53,769 bases of DNA from contig JANWIW010000029.1 of NCBI GenBank assembly GCA_025449695.1, positions 1 to 53,769 on the forward strand, read 5' to 3'. Of the stretch, positions 1 through 6,624 are shown piece by piece. A program made the position numbers and the translations under genes. How positions within the stretch are numbered: position 1 is the stretch's first letter; each line of letters starts with the position of its first letter. Below the pieces are notes generated by a model, which searched no databases, was not told the DNA's origin, and saw only the letters and a program-made list of their open reading frames with translations. The stretch comes from Minisyncoccota bacterium. Lineage in GTDB: Bacteria; Patescibacteriota; Minisyncoccia; UBA6257; 2-01-FULL-56-20.

Positions 1-58
1 AGATCGCGAGAGGCGCGATCTACCAGCTCATTGATTCTCAATCGAAAGGAGGCCCGGT

Positions 59-112
59 TTGAAGATCAGGAACTATACCGCAGCGACCGGCGTCCTCGCT
101 ATCGGGCCCTAA
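59..112 (+). CDS. putative micro-ORF (17 aa, MKIRNYTAATGVLAIGP), output module of a cassette truncated by the window start
   Basis: AAAGGAGG at 45-52, TTG start 6 nt later, TAA directly before a terminator; same layout as units at 371 and 668. Confidence 0.35.
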   Translation: MKIRNYTAATGVLAIGP

Positions 113-118
113 AGGCCC

Positions 119-143
119 CGGGCGGCTCCAAGCCGCCCGTTTC
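119..143 (+). terminator. intrinsic terminator
   Basis: CGGGCGGCT-cca-AGCCGCCCG followed by TTT. Confidence 0.65.
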
Positions 144-151
144 CATTATTA

Positions 152-179
152 TTGACTAATTAAGAGGGTAGGATATGAT
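152..179 (+). promoter_or_regulatory. sigma70 promoter for leaderless Val leader
   Basis: TTGACT(152)-16 nt-TATGAT(174), ATG 6 nt downstream at 186. Confidence 0.7.
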
Positions 180-185
180 ATGCAT

Positions 186-254
186 ATGCATTTCGCCTCT
201 ACCGTTGCTGTGGTCGTCGTCGTCGTTAACTCCAGAACCCCCGGAGGCGCTTAG
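186..254 (+). CDS. Val-rich attenuation leader peptide MHFASTVAVVVVVVNSRTPGGA
   Basis: 7 Val codons in 8 positions; 3' end overlaps the antiterminator arm; not in the ORF track. Confidence 0.8.
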   Translation: MHFASTVAVVVVVVNSRTPGGA

Positions 255-306
255 CCGTTCGAAAAAAAGTCACCAAGCGCCTCCAATCCGGAGGCGTTTT
301 CGTTTC
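243..306 (+). promoter_or_regulatory. transcription attenuator (Val)
   Basis: AAGCGCCTCC(275-284) pairs either with GGAGGCGCTT(243-252, antiterminator) or with GGAGGCGTTT(290-299, terminator plus T tract). Confidence 0.8.
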
Positions 307-370
307 TTGCCTGATATGCCGCCCGTGCGGAAACCAGGCCGGAAACGGGGGTAGAGGGAGGCCTGGACCC

Positions 371-435
371 AGCTCGTTGAAAAGGAGGCGTCCTATGCGC
401 AAGGAATTCCACCGCGCCTATGGCGGCATGGGCGA
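371..435 (+). repeat. 65-bp exact direct repeat, copy 1 (boxA-like motif, SD, start of MRKEFHRAYGGMG ORF at 395)
   Basis: identical to 668-732. Confidence 0.95.
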
Positions 436-445
436 GGTCGAGAAC

Positions 446-476
446 GGGGCGGATCAATTCCGCCCCCTCATTTTTT
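446..476 (+). terminator. intrinsic terminator closing the Val unit
   Basis: GGGGCGGA-tcaat-TCCGCCCC then CTCATTTTTT. Confidence 0.7.
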
Positions 477-482
477 CCTTCA

Positions 483-511
483 TTGACACTCCGGCCGGCA
501 AGGCCTATCCT
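483..511 (+). promoter_or_regulatory. sigma70 promoter for leaderless Trp leader
   Basis: TTGACA(483)-17 nt-TATCCT(506), ATG 6 nt downstream at 518. Confidence 0.75.
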
Positions 512-517
512 TTGGAT

Positions 518-565
518 ATGGCACTGCATTGCTCCACGCGGTCCTGGTGGCGGAAAGGTTCCTAG
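518..565 (+). CDS. TrpL-like leader peptide MALHCSTRSWWRKGS
   Basis: tandem TGG TGG in a WWR context as in classical TrpL; followed by an attenuator. Confidence 0.85.
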   Translation: MALHCSTRSWWRKGS

Positions 566-620
566 CAACGGGAGGCCTTTCTGCGGTTTCTGACGAGGCT
601 TCCCGGCCTCGTTTTTGTTT
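550..620 (+). promoter_or_regulatory. transcription attenuator (Trp)
   Basis: 1:2 GCGGAAAGGTT/GGCCTTTCTGC; 2:3 CGGGAGGCCT(569-578)/AGGCTTCCCG(596-605); 3:4 ACGAGGCT/GGCCTCGT followed by TTTTGTTT. Confidence 0.85.
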
Positions 621-667
621 GAAATCCCGCCTCCGACGACTGGATTTCAGGCCGATACGGAGCCTGA

Positions 668-732
668 AGCTCGTTGAAAAGGAGGCGTCCTATGCGCAAG
701 GAATTCCACCGCGCCTATGGCGGCATGGGCGA
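668..732 (+). repeat. 65-bp exact direct repeat, copy 2
   Basis: identical to 371-435. Confidence 0.95.
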
Positions 733-748
733 TTGGATCATGATCTAG
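692..748 (+). CDS. putative micro-ORF (18 aa, MRKEFHRAYGGMGDWIMI), output of the Trp unit
   Basis: AAGGAGG 6 nt upstream; TAG abuts a terminator. Confidence 0.45.
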   Translation: MRKEFHRAYGGMGDWIMI

Positions 749-768
749 CGGGCCTCCGGCCCGCTTTT
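747..768 (+). terminator. intrinsic terminator closing the Trp unit
   Basis: AGCGGGCC-tcc-GGCCCGCT followed by TTT. Confidence 0.7.
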
Positions 769-771
769 CAT

Positions 772-799
772 TTGACATTCCCTATTACCCATGTAATAT
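772..799 (+). promoter_or_regulatory. sigma70 promoter for leaderless Leu leader
   Basis: TTGACA(772)-16 nt-TAATAT(794), ATG 6 nt downstream at 806. Confidence 0.7.
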
Positions 800-805
800 A
801 AAGGT

Positions 806-856
806 ATGTCCCGTACGCAATTAAATCTCCTCGCCCTTAGCCTCTTCAACCCTTAA
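806..856 (+). CDS. Leu-rich leader peptide MSRTQLNLLALSLFNP
   Basis: 5 Leu codons in 8 positions; same position relative to promoter and terminator as the Val and Trp leaders. Confidence 0.65.
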   Translation: MSRTQLNLLALSLFNP

Positions 857-888
857 CCCCACGGGAGGACGTTTTATGAGTAAAAAAC

Positions 889-912
889 AAAAGCCCCCGC
901 AAGGGGGCTTTT
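889..912 (+). terminator. attenuator terminator (Leu unit)
   Basis: AAAAGCCCCC-gcaa-GGGGGCTTTT; candidate antiterminator arm GGGAGGACGTTTT at 863-875 is weaker. Confidence 0.75.
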
Positions 913-1138
913 GCGGCTTGGATGCTGCACGGCTTGATAGGAAAGGTGTTCAGCATCCAGGCACTGCGCGAAAGCGCAAGGCCTGCGGTCGAAAGACCAA
1001 GCACATTGATTAGGAGGCCGTATGAACGGATATACCCGCCCATCTGGCGGCATCGCGCTCCTGCTCTAGGGCAAGGGCTCCCGGCGGGACAGGACAGGGG
1101 GTGATATCACCTCTGTTCTGCCCCGCCGATTTTTTTTG
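913..1138 (+). ncRNA. structured output RNA of the Leu unit (hairpins, boxA-like motif, SD, long terminator)
   Basis: TGGATGCTG/CAGCATCCA stem, TGCGC-GAAA-GCGCA and GGTC-GAAA-GACC GNRA hairpins, AGCACATTGA(1000), AGGAGG(1012), terminator 1082-1138 with T8. Confidence 0.5.
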
Positions 1139-1212
1139 CCCGAATGTGTGGCGTTGTTCGAAATCTGTCATCCCGCATTTGCCGTGCCATCTGCGTTGTA
1201 ATCCAAACGTCT

Positions 1213-1363
1213 TGTCATTCCGGCCTTGAGCCGGAATCCAGGGTTTATTTCTCCTGGATCCCGGATAGCCCAGCCCCAGTTTTCCAAACTGGGGCTGGGC
1301 TATCCGGGATGACAACGAGTGTGCATTTGACCTCGGGTAACCGCTGGGACTTCCGGGATGACA
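1213..1363. repeat. REP-like palindromic repeat cluster (TGTCATTCCGG...CCGGAATCCAG and CTGGATCCCGG...CCGGGATGACA)
   Basis: same repeat flanks the GIY-YIG gene at 16258-16616 and recurs at 20369-20451. Confidence 0.85.
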
Positions 1364-1407
1364 AGCGGATATGGAGATCAACCTTTCCGAACAGTTCTGC
1401 CCGAGCA

Positions 1408-1436
1408 TTGACTGTTTTACATTTTCATGTTATGAT
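1408..1436 (+). promoter_or_regulatory. sigma70 promoter with extended -10
   Basis: TTGACT-17 nt-TATGAT with TG at 1428-1429. Confidence 0.65.
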
Positions 1437-1554
1437 CTAGAAAGCCATCATAGCCCCTATTTTCCCCTCAGTTTCGTCCGATATAGGCCCAGCACGACAA
1501 GTGACGGGCTACGAGAACAATCGAATACCCCAATGACGCGTATGAGGAGAGCGA

Positions 1555-2613
1555 ATGAACGACGACACCTTGCTTGCCAGACTCGAGCAGCTCGATTTCA
1601 ACGACGTACAAACCGCCCTGAACAGCGCCCGCCGCATCCTGGAAGAAGCCCCTCGCAGGTTTCCTCGCAAGATCGAACGGCCGCTCGTCCTGGTCGGGGG
1701 AGGGAGCGGGATCCCGACGGTCGCCCGCGCGGTACAGATGATCACCGACGAGCCGTTCGTCATGCTTGCCAACACCGGCGAGTTGCAGACGAAGGACGGC
1801 CGGCCGATGGGTGCGGGATACCTGCGGAAGGAGCTCGGGACTCTCGACTGGATCGACATCGTGAAGCAGTCGATCCACGGGACACCGCTCGCCGCCCGCG
1901 GCCCCTGGCACCGTTTCCTGGACGCGAAGCTCACTAAGGACGATCCCTACATGAGGACGGCCTACGTGCTCTTCGAAGCCGCGCGCCTCGAGTGGGGACT
2001 GCAGGACGCGATCGATTTCTGGAACGGGGTTATGGGCAACCGCTACCGCGTCCTCCCGTCCGTGGGGTCGCCCTGCGACCTGTTCTTCCAGGTTGGCGGG
2101 CAGCGGATGGACTTCAACGAGTACGCCTACCGCCCGCCCGGGTCCCAGATCGCGGATGACATGTTCATCGAGCCGATGATGACTCGGCTGGACGAGCTGG
2201 CGGCGGTGACCCTGCGCGACGCGCGCATGGCGATCGTCGGCCCCGGCGACGTCCACTTCTCGGTCCTGTTCCACTTCGCGGTTTCGGGCTTCCGGAAGGC
2301 GCTGGCCGAGGTTCCGAACCTCGTGCTCATCACCAACCTGACCGCCCGTCCCATCGATATCCCCGGCTTCAAGTTGTCGGACTTCCTGAGCCTCTACGAC
2401 CGCTGGCTGCCCTCGGGCAAGCCGGTGACCGTTCTGGTCCACAGGGGCCCGCTGACCGTCGAGGATCCGCTCACGGACGACGTCGACGGAGATGCCTATG
2501 GGCGCTTCACCCTCCGCCGCGCGCCGATGGCCAGCCAGAACATGAGCAACAACGGACAGTTGATCCATGATGAGTCGCTCCTGGCGGCGGCTCTCGCGCC
2601 GCTCCTCGCGTGA
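1555..2613 (+). CDS. CofD/YvcK(GlmR)-family protein, divergent
   Basis: VLVGGGSG N-terminal motif, IVGPGDxxxS motif, LITNL; GAGGAG RBS. Confidence 0.65.
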   Translation: MNDDTLLARLEQLDFNDVQTALNSARRILEEAPRRFPRKIERPLVLVGGGSGIPTVARAVQMITDEPFVMLANTGELQTKDGRPMGAGYLRKELGTLDWIDIVKQSIHGTPLAARGPWHRFLDAKLTKDDPYMRTAYVLFEAARLEWGLQDAIDFWNGVMGNRYRVLPSVGSPCDLFFQVGGQRMDFNEYAYRPPGSQIADDMFIEPMMTRLDELAAVTLRDARMAIVGPGDVHFSVLFHFAVSGFRKALAEVPNLVLITNLTARPIDIPGFKLSDFLSLYDRWLPSGKPVTVLVHRGPLTVEDPLTDDVDGDAYGRFTLRRAPMASQNMSNNGQLIHDESLLAAALAPLLA

Positions 2614-3500
2614 TGCAATGCAGATCGGCCTCCGGGTCCCAACCCCGGAGGCTACGCATTTACAGGGAAAAGGAAGACTGTTATTTTTACATGATGTTCG
2701 ACTCCCAGATGCTGCCGGCCGGTTTCACGTTCGAGACCGGATTCGGCGCTTTTAAGGAAAAATACAACCAGTTGAAGAGGCCGGAAGACGAGCCTTTCGA
2801 TTTTTTGCAGCGCATCGCGGATATCCTCCTCGCCGATTTCGGAGGCAAGGAAGATGGCGACCTTCTGCGATACCTTATTCATGCGTTCTATGTAGCCGGT
2901 ACCACCCAGGATATCCTGATCCATGAGGACCGCTCCAAAGACGACCTCAAGATCGGAGTGGCGACTGCTTTCCTCCACGACATAGGGTATCTCCTGATTC
3001 GCGACCGCTTTCAGAACATCTTCGATGATTTCCAGAAGAAAGAGATCCGCAAGGCCCATATGGCCGCGGGAGCGGAATATGCGCTGAAGATAATGGCCGA
3101 GCCTCCGCTCAGCGCCATGTTCGCGCCAGCCGAGCGCGAGCGCGCGGCGGGAATCATCGCCGTGCACGACCTTCCCTCCACCGCCCAGGACGACGGACGG
3201 AAAGGATTGCCTTTGGACCTCGCCGACGGTCTGCTCTATGCCCATCGAGAAGCGGACCGGCTTTGGATGACCGAAGAGTACGGGTTCGGAGACGATCTGA
3301 GGCGACTGCAAAAGAAAAAGGAAGGAACCACTCCGAAGGACCTCCTCGATCACGTTTTGAAAAGGTATCGGGAGGAAAAGACGCTCTACCCGGACGACGG
3401 AGGTTTCAAAGGAGACATGTTGTTCCGTACCGACAGGGGATACGGCATACTTTTGGAACAGCAAGACAAGCTGATGGCGAAATATGCCATCGAGCCGTGA
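2610..3500 (+). CDS. HD-domain phosphohydrolase (start uncertain)
   Basis: H...FLHDIGY...H...VHD...EADRL metal-ligand pattern. Confidence 0.7.
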   Translation: MMQCRSASGSQPRRLRIYREKEDCYFYMMFDSQMLPAGFTFETGFGAFKEKYNQLKRPEDEPFDFLQRIADILLADFGGKEDGDLLRYLIHAFYVAGTTQDILIHEDRSKDDLKIGVATAFLHDIGYLLIRDRFQNIFDDFQKKEIRKAHMAAGAEYALKIMAEPPLSAMFAPAERERAAGIIAVHDLPSTAQDDGRKGLPLDLADGLLYAHREADRLWMTEEYGFGDDLRRLQKKKEGTTPKDLLDHVLKRYREEKTLYPDDGGFKGDMLFRTDRGYGILLEQQDKLMAKYAIEP

Positions 3501-3565
3501 TAATGGGCTGAATGCCCGCATTTGGGGCTATAAACCCCGGAAAACAAGCATTTCAATGCCAAGAC

Positions 3566-3594
3566 TTGACGTAAAAAGAATAATTCATTAGAAT
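3566..3594 (+). promoter_or_regulatory. sigma70 promoter, leaderless start at 3601
   Basis: TTGACG-17 nt-TAGAAT, ATG 6 nt later. Confidence 0.7.
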
Positions 3595-3600
3595 GCGAGC

Positions 3601-3717
3601 ATGACGGCCTTATATGTCAATGGGTTGGAGCACGCGAGCCTTCTGATTTGGGGCCTCTTCGTCATGATTTACTTCGTATACCTTTTTGGGTATACAAGGA
3701 GAGGCGGTACGCCCTGA
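3601..3717 (+). CDS. 38-aa aromatic-rich peptide MTALYVNGLEHASLLIWGLFVMIYFVYLFGYTRRGGTP (leader peptide or small membrane protein)
   Basis: leaderless ORF behind a consensus promoter; followed by the hairpin CCCCTCT/AGAGGGG then GTTTT. Confidence 0.55.
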   Translation: MTALYVNGLEHASLLIWGLFVMIYFVYLFGYTRRGGTP

Positions 3718-3943
3718 GAAGACGGTCCAGCGATCTCAAGGTCCCCTCTCCAGTAAGAGGGGGTTTTGGGGGGTCTCGCGGGTTGAAGCATGGGAAGACA
3801 GCCTATGCTCCAGGCCGAGAAGGATCATTGAAAAGACGACCTGTGCCTGGAAGGTCGTGAACGCAAATAAGAAATCAACCATTAAATTCAGACCGGTTTC
3901 GCACTGGACTGAGTGCAGTGACCATAAGGGAGCGAGGAGGAGA

Positions 3944-4840
3944 ATGGCGATGAATGTCATTAAGCTGCATCTCGGAAAGGCACGGGCGGCGTTTCTCGGC
4001 CTCGATATCGGAGGCACGAAAACCGAATTGTGCGCTTTCACGGCCAGTCACCGGTTCATCGTTTCGCAGGCAATCTCCACGTCGGAGCTGCCTCGCGGTT
4101 CGTTGGATCTTGTGCCAGCCATCAGGGCCATCTTTCGCGAAAACCTCACGCCGACGGTGAAAAGGGTGGGAGTCGCGATGAGAGGCCTCGTGGTGGACGG
4201 CAATGTCGCCTACAGTTCGCTCTTGGGCGGTGAGGTGAACCAGCCTCTCGCGGGAAACCTCTCGCGCGAGCTCGGTCTTCCCGTAACCGTCAGGAACGAC
4301 GTGAGCGCGCAGGCCGTCGCCGAACTGCGATTCGGCGGCCGCGCGCCCGACGAGAGCATGCTTTTCGTGAATCTGGGAACGGGGCTTCGGCTCTCGTTCT
4401 TCGACCACGGCAGGCAGCTCGGCGGTAAGAAAGGCGGCGCGGGCGAAGTGTCGCTCGGATCGATCTTCATCCCGGAAGTGGCAGAAGGAAGCATCGCGCT
4501 TTCCGACTTGCTCTCCGGCAAAGGGATTTCGAACCTCCACCGGCTCTTGACCGGAGAGGTGATGGATCCCGCGGAGATCTTCCGGCGCGCGAAGCAGTCG
4601 TCACAGAGGGAAGTCGTAGAGGTGTTCTGCCGTGAGCTGGCAAGACTGCTGGCGCACGCGACCTTCTTCTACAACCCGCACGTGATCGTTCTTGGCGGTT
4701 CGTTGACGCTGAGCGCGGACGCGTACCTGTCCCGTGTTCGGGAGCTGTACTGCGCCCAGGTGATACCACTCCTCCAAGCCGAGGAGATCACGGTATCGCG
4801 CCTGGAGCATGGCGGCTGTCTCGGCGCGATCATCAAGTAG
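3944..4840 (+). CDS. ROK-family sugar kinase
   Basis: GLDIGGTK, NDVxAxAxAE, LGTG, GAGE motifs; GAGGAGG RBS places the start at 3944, not 3686. Confidence 0.85.
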   Translation: MAMNVIKLHLGKARAAFLGLDIGGTKTELCAFTASHRFIVSQAISTSELPRGSLDLVPAIRAIFRENLTPTVKRVGVAMRGLVVDGNVAYSSLLGGEVNQPLAGNLSRELGLPVTVRNDVSAQAVAELRFGGRAPDESMLFVNLGTGLRLSFFDHGRQLGGKKGGAGEVSLGSIFIPEVAEGSIALSDLLSGKGISNLHRLLTGEVMDPAEIFRRAKQSSQREVVEVFCRELARLLAHATFFYNPHVIVLGGSLTLSADAYLSRVRELYCAQVIPLLQAEEITVSRLEHGGCLGAIIK

Positions 4841-4937
4841 CGCCGGCGACACACCGACTCGATTATCAAAGAAGCCAGCCTGGCTTTGGCCCGGCTGAAC
4901 GGTATCCAACCCCAATCACGAAAGGTAGGACACGACG

Positions 4938-6497
4938 ATGGATATTATCCTGGACACCAACGCTCTCGGTGTTGTTTCGTCCGCTGAAGATCCGACGGAA
5001 GCCGCTCTGGCTCTCCTCGACACGAACGAGAGCCTGTGGAAGCTGGTCGCCGATCTGTCGAGGGCCATCCCGCTCACGGTCAACCCGGCGGTGGCGGCGG
5101 TTATGGAAGAACTGGGCGTGCGACTGAACGGACAGGCCACGGAAGGATTGCGGCTCAACAGCGAGCCGGAAATCCGCTCTTTCGCCTCTTCGCGCATCTA
5201 CGTCTATGGCACGGCAGTGGACAGCATCGGCGAAAACGCTCCGGCGGAGTGGCTTGTCGCGGGACACGAGGCTCCGAACAGTCAGGGGAGCTTCGCTCGT
5301 CTCGTGAAGGCCGACTACTACACCGACGGCGACGGCGCAATCGTGGAGGTGGACGGCGTGGAGACTTCCGTGGGCATGAGCCCGCGGTTCGCGCTCGATC
5401 TCATGAAGACGATCACCCGCGCCCTGGCCGGACCGAAAGGCCCGGTCATCGAGCTGCCCAGCCTGGACGGCGACGTCACGACCCTCGCCGCGGAGCTGGC
5501 CTTCTTCGATTCCCAGTTGAAATGGCGGCTCGACGGGTACACCGTTCCCGCGGGATCGGTGCCCGATGCGGTGTTGAGCATCCTCGTGAGTCACACCAAG
5601 GAGGGACTCCCGCCGCTGTCGGGCACGGAACGGACCCGGCTGACCAACATCATCGGCCAGTTCGTGAAATTGCGGAAGCCGGTGCCGGTCACGATCTCTT
5701 ACGCGATCGGCGTGAGGATCCCCAATCGCCTCAAGTTCTTCGAAGACGCGCAGGTGCCGACCCTCGCCTGGGTGCACACCGGTTGGTTCTTCAAACTGCT
5801 GAACGAGAAGGTGAAAAGGGTCTACGCGCCGGGCCTGCGCATCGTCGTCTTCGACGAGGCGACGCTCTTCGCATCCATGCTGCCGGGGTTCAGCCTCGAG
5901 GGTGTCGAGAAGTTTCTCGACATGACGCGGGAGCTCTTCCGCCGCATGGACACCCCGATCGAGATCATTCCGCTTTCCCGGGACCAGTTCCCGGAGAAAG
6001 AGGTGGGCAAGGTCAGCGTGCTTCCCGACAGGGAGCGGACGTACGCCATCCTTTGCTCTCTGCCGGAGATGCAGGACCCCGACATCATGCACGATCTCTA
6101 TCACAAGCGCGACCGCGATTACGACGCCGCGCGTCGCCTGGCCGGACCCCTCTGGGCGGTGGCCGAGCAGAACTCGGCCATCATTAGCCGCTATCTCACC
6201 TATCGCAAGAACGCGCGCCTCTTCAGCACGCTTCTCGGCGGCTCCGACTTCGTCGACGCCTGCGTCACGGAGAAGGAAGAGCGGATCGTCCTCGACATGA
6301 CCGCCAACGCGCTTCCCAATCACGGGATGCCGCTCGTCCGGCGGAACGTCGCGGGTGCCTACTCGATGAAGATCGTCCCCGAGTACCGCTTCACCGGCCG
6401 GAGGAACATGCATCCGGTTCGCATCGCCCTCAGCGAGTTCGGCATCGACTCGCCGGGCGAGATGACCTTCTACTACCGCGAGGAGAGCGTCGAGTAG
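4938..6497 (+). CDS. divergent isocyanide synthase (PvcA/Dit1/IsnA)-like protein with an unknown ~220-aa N-terminal region
   Basis: C-terminal half aligns by eye with its neighbour: KVKRVYAPGLRIVVFDE, LPNHGMPL. Confidence 0.55.
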   Translation: MDIILDTNALGVVSSAEDPTEAALALLDTNESLWKLVADLSRAIPLTVNPAVAAVMEELGVRLNGQATEGLRLNSEPEIRSFASSRIYVYGTAVDSIGENAPAEWLVAGHEAPNSQGSFARLVKADYYTDGDGAIVEVDGVETSVGMSPRFALDLMKTITRALAGPKGPVIELPSLDGDVTTLAAELAFFDSQLKWRLDGYTVPAGSVPDAVLSILVSHTKEGLPPLSGTERTRLTNIIGQFVKLRKPVPVTISYAIGVRIPNRLKFFEDAQVPTLAWVHTGWFFKLLNEKVKRVYAPGLRIVVFDEATLFASMLPGFSLEGVEKFLDMTRELFRRMDTPIEIIPLSRDQFPEKEVGKVSVLPDRERTYAILCSLPEMQDPDIMHDLYHKRDRDYDAARRLAGPLWAVAEQNSAIISRYLTYRKNARLFSTLLGGSDFVDACVTEKEERIVLDMTANALPNHGMPLVRRNVAGAYSMKIVPEYRFTGRRNMHPVRIALSEFGIDSPGEMTFYYREESVE

Positions 6498-6624
6498 GAA
6501 AGCAGTACGGCTCCAATGGTTGATCGTGGTTCGAATCATGTAATGCACAAGGGGGGCTGTCGGCGCTGTTCTATAACCGCCGGCGGCCCCTTCCTGTTTT
6601 CATAAAGGAATGTATAATTGCCGG

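Noticed and set aside
371-732. Direct repeats as a CRISPR array
   Set aside because: Only two 65-bp copies 297 bp apart, containing an SD and start codon; no cas genes.
251-1440. ORF-track proteins in the first 1.4 kb
   Set aside because: They cross promoters, terminators and REP palindromes and have no motifs; better explained by the leader/attenuator units.
4866-6548. Long antisense or alternative-frame ORFs (also 1468-2568, 6571-7746, 16716-18392, 39743-41452, 50699-52861)
   Set aside because: Shadows of GC-rich real genes; no recognisable motifs.
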